A stretch of 42,444 nucleotides of DNA, taken from assembly GCF_001194135.2 (NCBI RefSeq), contig NC_068983.1:62456780-62499223 (forward strand), given 5' to 3'. The stretch is from Octopus bimaculoides. Lineage: Eukaryota. Numbering within the stretch: position 1 is the first letter of the stretch; every line of letters starts with the position of its first letter. Positions 25,663 through 38,399 of the stretch are shown piece by piece. The notes under the pieces are model-generated. The model searched no databases. It worked only from the letters and a program-made list of their open reading frames with translations, and was not told the origin of the DNA. The position numbers and the translations under genes were made by a program.

Positions 25663-26424
25663 ACACACAGACACACGCATACACATACATACATAAATGT
25701 ATGTATGTATGTATGTATGTATGTATGTATATACATATGTATGTATAGCTGTGGAAATGTATGTAACTTCAGTAACGTATTCGCTGTCAGTTTTGTGGAT
25801 GTGTATTTCGAATTGTTTAATATTCCAGATACACCATAATATCTAACTCTACATAATTACCACATGAAAGTGCACATCACTGCAATGAATCCATCCTGTG
25901 TTTTGTCAAAGAATATACCTAGTTGCCTAACCAACAAAGTAAATTATTCATTGAAACAGTAAATTTAGTAGCATTGACTCTGTAGTAGACACAGTGCATG
26001 TGTCTGATTGCACCACAGATACTGGTAGCCACTATAGACACTGGAAGCAGCGCGATACAAGTGCGTGATACATCCAAATAGTTGAATTACAGATACCACC
26101 GACTAGGATATATAGTTTCTGTTTTAGCAGTTTTATGTAAAAAAAAAGGCCTGGGAAGAAAGATGACAATGTGAGAAAACATTTGTGGATGGTGCGAAAG
26201 CATCGAAAGCATGCAGGATTTCATGCTCTCGAACTGAACCTCTTAAGTGTTCGGCCACGATCGTTACAGATCATCAATATGTATGGTGGTAATCTCTCGC
26301 ATTCCGTGAAAGATGGCTCAGCAATTACTAACTGAACACCCTGCAAAAAAATGATTTGTTTATAGTGATCAAATATTTGTGCTGCATATTAGCTTGCTTC
26401 TTCCATGAAATCGGCATTGCCTGC

Positions 26425-26533
26425 ACATGAAGTGTTTGGCTCAAGAATACAATCGATCACCCGGTCCAGAAACTGAAAAGATGGTCTCTCTCGATCTTGT
26501 GTGCCACACCCTAACCACTTGGTCACGCGCCCT
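26425..26533 (-). mobile_element. SINE family C head
   Basis: Minus strand GCGTGACCAAGTGGTTAGGGTG (A-box-like)..TTGTATTCTTGAGCCAAACACTTCA. Homologous to 2111-2280. Confidence 0.55.
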
Positions 26534-27091
26534 GAGATCATCGATATAAGTACCTTGAAAAATCTGAAAGTCATGCTTATGTGGTAAGGGCGAAAATTTG
26601 GGTTCTCTTATTCTTGTCGTTAAGTCATGAGGCAGCAATTGGCCAAAATGTGAGGTAGATGTATTGAAATACAAGATTATACAATGTATCGAAATGCAAG
26701 GATTTCAAGAAATGCTCTTTTTATGTGTTTGTTTGTTAAGTAGATATTTCCAATTAAAGTGCGCTTCATGTAATTTGATTTAGAAGATATAATTGATATT
26801 TAGATGTGATTCAAATCTAACCAGAAACTAAAAAAGTTGATTCAAACGATATCCGTGCCACACATCTACAAACACTTACATGTGGACTTTCACAGACTCA
26901 CGCACCTACACACATGTGCAAACATGCAAGCAAACCCATATACACAACTATGTAGGAATACTTGTACATATATATATCTTTATGTCTGTGTTCTCCCCCT
27001 ACATGTGTATATTTATGTGCATGCATATTGGTATGTATATGTAAGTATGTGTAAGTACACACGTATGTGTGTGTATGTACATAGGCACACA

Positions 27092-27133
<42 letters not shown>

Positions 27134-27384
27134 TATATATACATATTCATAGTGACTTCGAAATTTTGCTGATGTGACTTAAGTTAGTATCCTTACAATT
27201 AAGGGGCTGATTGAAATGGGTTTCACTATATGCTTACATATATTCACACTTACATGCATTCCTTGGTGCATGCAGGTGAAAATGCACACGAACTCATTCA
27301 CACACACACACACACCTGAAGATCGCAATAACGTGAAACTCGAGTCACAAAACAAACTTGTTTCAATATAAAAATACGCTTGTG

Positions 27385-27464
<80 letters not shown>

Positions 27465-27660
27465 CGTGTGTGTGTGCGTGTGTGTGTATGTGTGTGTGTG
27501 TGTGTGTGTGTCTGTCTGTGCGTCTGTGTGTAGAGAGAGAATTAAAGATAAAATCCTTTTAATGATTTTATCAAGTGGCCATCGTGAAATAAGAACCTTA
27601 TAGGTAATATTTTATACTAATTTATAATTATATAAATAATTATATTAAAGGGTGCGGATT

Positions 27661-28010
27661 GACTACACCAACAGACTAGAAATAGACGCCAAATGGCTCT
27701 AAAACCACTTCAACAAAACTTTATTAGCACGGGTTGTAAACGGGCAGGTGAAAAGATAAATATCTTGTTATCTTCAGTACAATATGTATAAGTATATATA
27801 TATGTATAGATATATGCATACATATACTTTGACACATTGTACTGAAGATAGCAAGGTGTTTCATAACGCTAAGTTTGAAATCGATTTACAACTGATCAAA
27901 AAGATCTTACTTATGTTTTCATCTGCCCGCTTACAACCCGTGCTAACGGAGTATTGAAGTGGTTTTAAAGACATTTGGCGTCTATTTCTAGCGTGTTTGT
28001 CTAGTGGTCA
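27661..28010. mobile_element. Palindromic (foldback/MITE-like) element
   Basis: Outer arms 27676-27754 and 27916-27991, inner arms 27764-27783 and 27836-27855, AT-rich loop. The right arm carries ~60 extra nt. Confidence 0.75.
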
Positions 28011-28814
28011 TTCGGCATCTTTTAATATAATTATTTATATCATTGTAAATTAGTATACATATATATGTGTATGTGTGTGTGTGTGTATGTCTGTATATAT
28101 ATATGTATGTGTGTGAATAGATAGATAAAGAGATAGATAGATAGATACATACATACACACATACACACATACATACATACATACATACATACTTACATAC
28201 ATACATACTTAAATGTTTACAGAAACGTATGTGTTATTTTGTGAGCGTGTGTATGCACGCTGCGTCTCTGCCAATTACTGGCAATAGGTTTTAAAGTGCA
28301 AAAATGGACAATTTCGATTGTGATATCAAATGAGATTTGGGAGTTGCAACTCGCGTATATTCTGCAGCACTAAGTAAATGTCAAGTGATAAACACAGCAG
28401 CGACAGAGTTTCTTGAATCGCGATGTAAAACGTAGTGTGAATGCAATTAGGTAGACACTTTCCACAAAGTTGAATTCTTAGAATTCTTAAATTATCTATT
28501 GGTTGCGACAATATACACAGTGACACACAAAAACACACGCAGATATGTATGTATATGACTAGCAAATCAAAGAACCTATGTTTGTGTATGTAGTTCTGGG
28601 AAACATCCGTAAATACACATACACTTATACACACAGACTTGACTGCTTGTATATGTGTGTATGTATGTATGTATGTATACACACACGCGCGGGCGCGCAC
28701 ATATGTATATATATGTATACATATACACACACGTGTGTGCGAGTTTGTGTGTGTATGTGTATATGTGTTTGTGTCTATGTGCATATGTATGTATAGATGG
28801 ATGGCTGTTGGAGT

Positions 28815-28940
28815 AAAGGCGCGTGACCCAGATGAAACCTCTTCAAGACTGTACTCTGTCCTGAGACACTTCCTTGAAGAGATTTTATCGGTCATACCGA
28901 CACCAGTTCTTAATTGAACCGAATAAAAATGTTTGCAATA
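28815..28940 (+). mobile_element. Possible Penelope-like terminal fragment
   Basis: TTCCTTGAAGAGATTTTATCG resembles TTCCTTGAGACGATGTATCG at 9661. It ends with AATAAAAATGTTTGCAAT. Confidence 0.3.
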
Positions 28941-29399
28941 TATGTATGGATATATACCTACGCCCCACCCTCACGCACACTGACACAGCTGTAACGAAAA
29001 AGAGATTAATTACTTAAGGCAAGATTAACCCCCTCAGACGTAGGAAGACACCCCTAAAGTGAAGATGCTCATGAGGAATCAAATATGGCATACATGAGGA
29101 ACAATATTAATTCTATAAAAAAACATTATATTCAAATTTCCGCATTATCTACACATGACCTAATTGTAAATTCAAAATGCCGCCAGACGACCGACAAGGC
29201 AAACACACCCTTAATTTAGGTCAATTTGTCTACCAAACTATCAAAGATAATATTCTCTAACTTGGAATGCTAACAGATTGGGGTACAGACTAGATGCTGA
29301 ATTAAAGATATTGATGAAGTTGGCCTAGATTTTGTTGTGGGATCACTCATAGACATTATGCAGCAGTTCAAGCGCTTTTGACCCCTGGGTAGTAGCATT

Positions 29400-30330
29400 C
29401 AAGGGTCTATGGAAGATGAAAAAATAAAATGCATCTAATCACACTAGAACAGAATCTAGGCAAGTATCAAAATAATACACATGCAAACTTTCAGCCTGTT
29501 ACATCAATTGTTCTCGGAGATATCGTGACCTAAACATTGCTACTCATAATCAGAAATGTCATTTTGAGAAAAACGCAAAATATACTGGAAATGGTAGATT
29601 TTACAACAATGCCCAACTATACAAGGATAATATCCACACTTTAGTGAAATATTCACAGCTTTGAACAGTCTAATAACGCCCCGAGGCATATCCTTTTAGC
29701 TGAGAGCGCCTATGTCTTGCTTTGATTATGGATTTCTGTCCAAGCACATATGCTTTTTTCAGTCACTGCACCTCAAATTACCTCAGTCCCTCTCTCTGAT
29801 GATGACCATGGCTGAGGCCTAAATTTTCAAACACAGGTATCCTTGCAATTTCTCCTTGATTAGAAACTATAATAGCATCATTGAGAGTTAACTCCAGGCG
29901 CAATCGCCTGACAAATGTTGATTTAGGACACCGTTCCCAAACTAAGTTGTGGAATAACTCATTGTTATTTTGTGATCCTCTATGCAGGTACTTATCCAAG
30001 AGTTTGTCCTCAGATAAGGCTACAAACACAGGTTTCATTTTATTCAGCACAAATTTTGACTATTGACTAATTTGACTTTATATGGCTTACCTTCTTTTTA
30101 TTGTTCTGGAGTGCAAAATGCAGTTCTTTTAGCAGTTATGGATTAAACGTTTTGGATCTTTTCCACTTCTTTGTTTATTATTCTATCAGAGTTCTAGTTT
30201 TTGGAAATCCACCCAAATGCAACCAAATATAAAAATTTCAGCTCTGTGGATTTTAAACTAAATCATTTCAATTGTCTTTAATTTCGGAGTCCATGAATTC
30301 ATCTGACGATAACGGTTTCTTTGTAATGAT
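29400..30330 (-). mobile_element. Kolobok-like (Mutator-related) DNA transposon remnant
   Basis: KPVFVALSEDKLLDKYLHRGSQNNNELFHNLVWERCPK..DAIIVSNQG matches the LSxxxLLxKCLxGxTQNxNESxNxxIWxxxPK..AVxxFNxG motif. Upstream decayed IKDN*NDL, CIWVDF and HNC occur in the expected order. Confidence 0.6.
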
Positions 30331-30673
30331 ATAATGTTTTCTTTAATCAATTGGGGGAGTTTACAAACGGCTATGATGGATTGACAGTTGTACCTCTATT
30401 GTTACTCATTTATATTATATTATATTCACCTATCTCCGAATATGCCTTTCGTAAATATAACGAACTGTATACTTAATATAAAACGAACATGTCTGAATAG
30501 CACAAAAAGCGGATTTCTTTACTCATCTGGGTGTAATTGTCTATATGCACTGCATGAATATCATTGAGCGGTTTATATACCAAGTTTGATATTTACATAA
30601 TATTGTTGTGGGTAAATCTTATTCTGATCTAACCTGGTGCCTCAATTTAAGTACCTAATCCAACTGAATCTTA

Positions 30674-30711
<38 letters not shown>

Positions 30712-30714
<3 letters not shown>

Positions 30715-30993
30715 TCAGAAGATAAAAGCAGACGAAATGCCGCTAAGCACTTTGCAGGGTGTGCTAACGCTTCTGCTAACTCGCTATCTTCAATAATTAT
30801 AAGAATAGTTTCAAATTTTGGCACGAGGCTAGCAAGGTTGGGGGAGAGGGTAAGTCATTTACATCGAATCCGTTGTTCAGCTGGAACTTATATTTTATCA
30901 ATGAAAAGTAAAGTCGACCTCCGCAGAATTTCAACTCAGAACGTAAAGATGAAATGCCCCTAAACATTTTGCCTGATGCTGCCAATTCGTCGC
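30712..30993 (-). mobile_element. Two tandem SINE family A copies
   Basis: The head segment GACGAAATGCCGCTAAGCA..TGCTAAC..CTCGC occurs at 30712-30790. A second copy at 30805-30993 includes AAAGTCGACCTCCGCAGAATTTCAACTCAGAACG (B box on the minus strand). Confidence 0.75.
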
Positions 30994-32356
30994 TTCCAAA
31001 AGTAAAAGGTAAATATACACCCAGTAAGCTACTCGCTATTTAAGAATTGATAAGGTTTTGTTAATGCAAAGGGATAAGTTTGTAGGAAAAATTGAATAGA
31101 AATCTCAGAAGTTGAAGAAAAAGCAAAATATTGTGGTTAATGATTAATAAATTGCAATAATATTAGAATGAGAAAATAGATATAAATAATAATGAAAATA
31201 AACTGAAAATTCTAGGAGAGGTGTATATATTCGAAATGTGTTAAGTAATTAAGGAGGAAATAAGACTGTTTATTGTGTAAAATAAAAGACTAAAGCTATT
31301 AACAAGAAATAATTACGATATAAACAGGTGAATGTAAAGAGAAATCAGGGTTGTTATAAATATGATAAAGAAACATATTGTAAGGAGTTAATTACAGAAT
31401 GGTTTAAAATGCAATACTGAAACTACTGAGATAAGATTAAGTTGGGAAAATTATTTTTTCATATTCTAATTAAAATCAAGACATTAATACATCATTTAAT
31501 CGATGTGGAAAGACATGGAAGGGAAATTCATATAAGACAGGGTAACTACAAGCAAACAAAAATGTAACATAAAAGCTAGGTAGGCTAAAGATTAAATTTA
31601 ATTAGTTAAATGAAATCAAACTAGATTTAATTAAATTGAAGATAAACATGATCATCACGATCTTTAACCACAATTCTTTGCGCTTTATTTAAATCCTGAA
31701 ATCTGCTTACCTCACCCACTTTGCAACGTGTTCCTTTTCACTTGACTGCAAAAACTTAGAATAGCTTTATTTTCTGTTCATCTATCTCTGCTTTTTAGTA
31801 TATAGTTATTAACCCACCAAGTATATATAGCGGTTAGATTTAGCTTTGACTTTCATTGATACGCAGTAAAATATCTTTATTATTGGCATACGCTTTTTCT
31901 TTATTATTTGATTTAAAACTTTAATGGTAACTCTGTGTTATTGCGAAGGAACCTTTTCAAATGCATCTTTTATAAAGATATGCAATGCCAAAGATTTTAA
32001 GTATTCAACGAATATTTTTTATCAAAACTATATACTTTCATGCAAATTTTACTCACCTAGTCAATGAGCTTTTCAAGATACTTTCTTTAAATCTTTAAAT
32101 TATATCTTTTAGAAACAATGCTTTGAACGAAATTCTACGTAACAAAAGGTTTTTGCATGAGCAAATTACTCCTCTTAAAGATGTTGTCACTCTCTGTCTC
32201 TCTCATAACTTTATTTCTATCTCCACATATTCCGTCATTCCTCTCTCAACCTTTGTCTACTCTATCAATATCTTTCGCTCTTCAGTTTACTATCAACTAC
32301 CATGTTGCTAAATGACGTTACACATTTGTACGAACATACACGTGTGTGTGTGTGTG

Positions 32357-32397
<41 letters not shown>

Positions 32398-33379
32398 GCG
32401 TGCGTGTGTGTGTGCGTGCGTGCGCGCGCGCGTGCACAGCAGGAGTGTTATAGGTATTCACTAAGTGGTATTCAAATAAATAAAAACTTGAACTCCTCCA
32501 TCCAGATCAGTTCGCTCCAGCGTAGAATCCTAGCTACAAAAGCGATCTTCACCTAGCGAGTATCGAAGTAAAAAGGCAGGTAAGCATCCACAAAAATAGT
32601 GGATTTACATGGTATACTAATAAACAAAAGAAGGATGATTCCATGTTTCTTTAACCATCTAACAATCATTTTCATATAAGATCAGTTGGGTTTTTTATGT
32701 ATGTCTTTTCGCTTCCTCACCATATTTCTCGCTTCCTCACCATAGGTTCCCCCAAACGCCCTTTGTATTCATTAGCATTTTACTCCCGATCTTACATTGA
32801 TAGCCACAGTTTACCAGTCTTATGCACTGACGTTCATTATAATAGCTGTCCACGCAAACAAGTCATTGAATTCGTAACACACAGGAAATTGAATCAGATT
32901 AATGTTAGTAATACGCTATTTTTAGGGCAATGAATATCCTTTCCTCTTGTGATAGCATTCTTAAATATGTTAAAACAATAAATATATGTAAAGATACTCA
33001 GATAATTGAAAATATAGTGTCAAACTGTGTAATATCTGAATGATGATGAAACAAAATATTAAAATCTGTGTTTATGTATTCATGTATGTATAAAGTACCT
33101 TGCAGAGTCGCATCTAAGGATTAAATATATAGTCCTGGGGTAGAGGAGGTTCTCGTTATTTTTGACAAAGCCGAGAGGAAGGCAACTCTTCCAGAAGGTT
33201 CTGATATAACACTTGCTGACAAAATTGTAGCAGTCAACATTCAGTACTTGTCACTGGAACTTACTGTGGTGATAGATAATGGCAAGGGTGTTGTACAAGC
33301 TTTTGCCACGTAACACTAATGGTGTAAAGCTGTTTCACCGCTGCTATCTGAGACAGCTATCATCTGTTTTATTGTGGAT

Positions 33380-33461
<82 letters not shown>

Positions 33462-33466
<5 letters not shown>

Positions 33467-33912
33467 GTTTAAAAGAGTTCCAACACTGTCTGTTTTTTAT
33501 GTTTTATTTATNNNNNNNNNNNNNNNNNNNNNNNNNNNNNNNNNNNNNNNNNNNNNNNNNNNNNNNNNNNNNNNNNNNNNNNNNNNNNNNNNNNNNNNNN
33601 NNNNNNNNNNNNNNNNNNNNNNNNNNNNNNNNNNNNNNNNNNATATAAATATATAAAGGCCTTTATATATTTATATATTTAATCCTTTATATTGAACACT
33701 CAATATTTCATCTATACAATAAGACATATTCCATATATTCAATATGACATTCAATACTTTATTTCATAGTACCATCCATTTTTATTTTATATTATATATT
33801 GTATATTATATTATATATTGTATATTCCATATTCTATATCCCACATTAGTTTTGCAGGAATATAAATAAAACATAAAAAAATAGACAGTGTTGGAACTCT
33901 TTTAAACAAAAT
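33462..33912. mobile_element. Putative MITE with ~50-bp TIRs, spanning an assembly gap
   Basis: 33462-33511 (TTTTGTTTAAAAGAGTTCCAACACTGTCT..) is inverted at 33862-33912 with one mismatch and one indel. TA-rich flanks. Confidence 0.6.
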
Positions 33913-33972
33913 AATATATTCCTCTATACACAATCATACAACCCCCCCTTTTTTGTATTTATTTTTACTCGC

Positions 33973-34029
<57 letters not shown>

Positions 34030-34046
34030 CATGTATGTATGTATGT

Positions 34047-35073
34047 AGTATTCGGACAATTGAGCGACTAGGGGAAAGATACAATGCCACAAACAGCATG
34101 GATATTCGACCATGCACTGGCCGACCGAGGGTTGCAACGACATGTCAAGATTGCTACCTGCACCGATAGCACTTGCAGGACCAATTCCGGAGGGCAACGG
34201 AATCAGTTAGGTAAACCATAGGAACTCCCCACAGACGCATTTGTACAAAAACAGTTCGCTGTCGGCTGAGAACCTCTCAACCTATCTTATTCGGCTAGGG
34301 GCCCAATCCTCACAGATTGTCATCACCTGGCACGGCTGTAGTGGGCTCAAAAACGCCAGAACTGGCGATACCAGCAGCACAGTATTGTAGTCTTCTCTGA
34401 CGAAAGTTAATAGTGCATTTCTGTGGGAAATGGTAGAGCTAGGGTTTGGAAAAGAAGGAGTGAACGTAATGCCGATGTCTGTGTGGTGGAGAGAGACTCA
34501 TAGGGAGGACAGAGCATCATTGTATGGGTCCGGACTGCACTCAACCAGAAACTTGGACCAGTGGTCTTCCAAAACATCAGCCAAGGCTGGGGCAATGGAG
34601 TAACAGCTACTCGCTACATCGAGGCCTCACATTGTGCTATACTTTACCCGTCATCGGAATCACGTGTTCCAACACGACAACACCCGTGCCCATACTGCCA
34701 AACACTGCTATGACCTGCCCTAAGTCCGGACTTGAACCCGATAGAACTTCCGTGGGACGAAATCCATAGGCCGACAACGAAATCCAAGGCCGACAACTGC
34801 GGCACAACTCACTGCAAGTTTTAATATAGAGCGGACTGCTATCCACTTGACCTTCATCAGTCGTTTGATGCATTCGATATACAGAAGATGCCTAGTGGTA
34901 ATTAACACTAACGGTGGTCACATGAGATGTTGAGTTCACGTTTCAGGAAATGATGTTTTTTCATTAAGAAAGAACGGTTTCTTAATTAGCACTCTTCAAT
35001 TAATGCAATGACAGTCCGTTAATAAACCGGTTTCTATTTAGTATGTGTGCGACGTTTCTTTTGTGGTTCAGTT
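34047..35073 (+). mobile_element. Tc1-family transposon, 5'-truncated and decayed
   Basis: RPCTGRPRV, TVRCRLR, VFSDES (D 34399), GGQSIIVW, FQHDNTRAH (D 34676) and SPDLNPIE. Right TIR TTTCTTTTGTGGTTCAGTT followed by TA. Confidence 0.92.
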
Positions 35074-35080
35074 TATATAT

Positions 35081-35161
<81 letters not shown>

Positions 35162-35405
35162 TGTTAAGCAGGACAGCAAACATTAAGGTAAGGGAAACAT
35201 CTCAAGTCGTATACAATATTATTATAGGAAGAAATTCAAAATCTTACAGTTGATTCTAGGATATCCCCAATGAATGGGATATTCCGTCATCAGAGACAAA
35301 TAAGGTGGGGGGGGGGGCAAAAGTAGGGAAAATGAGAATGGTGTATATTAATGAAATGACTACGTAGAGGAAGGAGATGAAAAGAATAAGGAGATGGAAA
35401 GAAAA

Positions 35406-35587
35406 AAGGAAAAACAAACATAAAAGTTCATAGTTCAACGTTGTAGAAACCAGAACATGAGTCCTTAGGTGCAATCATGCGTAGATCTATGAGCGTAAGT
35501 CTACGCAGGATTGCACCTAAGGAGTCATGCTCTGGTTACTAAAACTTCGAAAAGTTGAACTATGAAATTTTATATTTCTTTTTCCTT
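35406..35587. repeat. ~180-bp palindrome with a near-perfect 38-bp core stem
   Basis: 35448-35485 pairs with 35500-35537 (3 substitutions, 14-nt loop). Outer arms 35406-35439 and 35554-35587 also pair. Confidence 0.85.
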
Positions 35588-35740
35588 CTTTCTTTATGTT
35601 ACGCTTTACAATTTACAACTGGCGAGATACATACGCATATACATGCACATACGCACACATGCATACATTTATTTATACACACATATACGCGTGCGCACGC
35701 ACAAACAAACACACACACTCACACACATCATCATCAATAC

Positions 35741-36239
35741 TTTATATATCCGAAAAAGAAGTACAATCTAAATCATTAGATCGGTAGTACATTTTTAGAA
35801 GGTTGATTGTTATGGCCGGTCAGGAAGTGACCACTGGTTTCGCACCTATAAAGCGCTTAGCTATGTAGGTGACCCGTCAAACTCAAATGACTGGAGGCTC
35901 CCTTGAGGAGAAGAGAGGTTATGTACCTCGTGCCATTTGTGTCTGGCGAGTCACCTATAAAGCTAAGCCATTTATAGGTGCGAAATCAATGGCCACTCTC
36001 TGAGAGAGAGAGAGGGGGCAGGGAAGAATCAGAATTAATCAAATTAAGTTGGTTAATTGGGTGAAACAATAATCAAAATTTACTTTATGTTCGTATTTAG
36101 GCGTGACTGCTGTTTTTCAATGAATGTAGTATACTTATTTATAAGCTCTTGTTCAGATGCTGTCCCAATATGTTGATATAAAGGAAATAATTTGGAGTTT
36201 GGTTGGAGATTTCCCGTGCATTCATCTAAGTGTTCGCTT
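35741..36239 (+). repeat. Left arm of a ~500-bp inverted repeat
   Basis: Continuously alignable to the reverse complement of 37888-38396, with scattered mismatches and small indels. Confidence 0.92.
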
Positions 36240-37887
36240 AATGAAATTTGTCTATATCTTGGGAAGAGATATTGTTCTGTATGCCTTTTTTAAAAATGGA
36301 ATCCCGAACTTTCCAGTAGGTAAGGAAACTCCCACTGTTTGGTAAGAACCAAGAGTAAAAAATTTGGGCGACCGGACTATGGGAGTGTCCAAAGCAAATG
36401 GAAGCTTCGGAATTCCATTTTAAATTATACACACGCACCCCCACCCCCATATATATTAAGAAGGAGGCAGTCAGAATTATGGATAGTTCCTTATCAGCGC
36501 TTTCGTCCATCAATAGGACATACATACATATATACATATATATATACACACACACACAAACAAACATGTTTAAATACATATATAAATATACATATACATG
36601 TGTATACATACTTACGCACATACATGTATGCATGCATGCATACATACACATACATGTGTGTGTGTTTGTGTGTGTGTATGTGTGTGTGTGTGCATGCCTG
36701 TGTACAATCACATACAATTGAATAAACATGTGTGCGTTTGTGTGTGTGTGTGTGTGTGTGTTTGTGTGTGAGTATGGGTGTGTCAGTGTGTGTGCGCGTG
36801 TTCATGCGTATATGTAAAGAAGAGAGACAGTCAGGGACTGGCAAAAACGGAATGAGAAATGAAATTTAATGAAAAATGAATATTTTAGTGAAAAATATAT
36901 GACCGCTAACCATTTTACATAGAGGAGGAAAAAATAAACAATATTTTCAGAATACTAGAACATTAATATAGACACATGGAAATCGATGTTAAATTGAAGA
37001 AGCTACTTGCATTGAAATCCCCAAGGATCAAGAATTCTTTATTGCAAAACACTAATGAGCATATACGAAATGAGGAAAAAGTGAAAGAAGCGGGGTGCTG
37101 CTTAATATTTCATGTAGGTGTGTCGGTTTTATAATAAGTGCTTGTAGAATTTGTAAGCCGTGAGTTTCAACACAATTGGGAAGACACTCACGGCCTTTCA
37201 CAAAGACATGATGTTCAGCTATTTCTTTAGAAAATTTTCTTCAATATGTTGAGATTTCTGGCAAAAGATACCCAGAAAATGATGAGTTTATTTGTGAAGT
37301 ACTTGACGTAATTTCTTCACTCCAACAAAACCAATCAAAACGTAATTAATGTCCAATATTTTACAATTTTTCATCCTCAATAACTAATCGACAACGTTTT
37401 GAAAATTAGGAAGAAGAAAATTCTAGGTGTTGATTCATACATAAATACATGCATACACATACATACACACACATACATACTCACATATATATGTATACAG
37501 AGAGAGAAAGAGAGAGAGAAAGAAAGAAAGTAGTAATAAGATTACATACTCCACAGTTATAACGAAAATATTTCTTTTATGCAAAGCAATTAACGAGGCA
37601 GCTCAACATAAGTGAAAGGTATCAGCTTTAGAGCAATTGTATTATACAACATAAAGAGTCAAAACGAAGTGGCACTTGAAAATAGAATCACGCTGCACAT
37701 TGAAATGAATTTGTAAAACACGTAAAATTTTCTCCGACATACTGGCACATACACACGTACACAGTTGTATATATACAAAATAATATATACTCTCGCAAAA
37801 AACGCAAGCATACCCTTGAATATACACACAAGAACACACATTGCTGCATTATTAATACTGCTTTATTTCGGAGGAGTCATACTAAGA

Positions 37888-38396
37888 AAGCATACACATA
37901 GATACATGCACGGGAAATCTTCAACCAAATTCCAAATTATTTCCTTTATATCAGCATAGTGGAATAGCATCTGAACAAGAGCTTATAAATAAGGAAGCCA
38001 CATTCATTGAAAAACAGCAGTCACGCCTAAATACGAACATAAAGCAAATTTTGATTATTGCTTCACCCAATTAACCAGCTCATTTTAATTAATTCTAATT
38101 CTCCCCCTCCCCCTCTTTCTCTCTCTCTCCCTCTCAGAGAGTGACCATTGGTTTCGTATCTACAAAGTGCTTAGCTTTATAAGCGACTCGTCAGATACAA
38201 ATGGTCCGAGGCACATAATCTCTCTTCTACTGAAGGGAGCCTCCAGTCATTTGAGTCTGACGAGTCACTTACATAGCTAAGCGCTTTATAGGTGCGAAAC
38301 TACTGGTCACTCCCTGACCAGCCATACGACTCAATCTTGTAAAAATGTATTACCGATCTAATGTTTTAGAGTGTACTTCTTTTTCGGATATATAAA
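37888..38396 (-). repeat. Right arm of a ~500-bp inverted repeat
   Basis: For example AGCATCTGAACAAGAGCTTATAAATAAG (37967) mirrors CTTATTTATAAGCTCTTGTTCAGATGCT in the left arm, and CGGATATATAAA mirrors TTTATATATCCG. Confidence 0.92.
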
Positions 38397-38399
38397 CTA

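Noticed and set aside
25900-26070. Minus-strand RCFQC..SDTC peptide suggesting a Ly6 paralog or pseudogene
   Set aside because: There is a stop right after the motif, no CCxxxxCN, and the cysteine spacing does not fit.
29013-30625. TTAA-GG..CC-TTAA termini for the Kolobok-like element
   Set aside because: Only about 11 nt of similarity between the candidate ends, with no extension inward.
31711-31745. Minus-strand 35-nt micro-exon candidate (SSEKEHVAKWV), plus a GTGAGT donor near 32050
   Set aside because: No recognisable product and no consistent partner exons; such signals are common by chance.
33290-33350. Minus-strand DSSGETALH ankyrin-like peptide near splice-like sites
   Set aside because: In-frame stop two codons later and no neighbouring repeat; compatible with chance.
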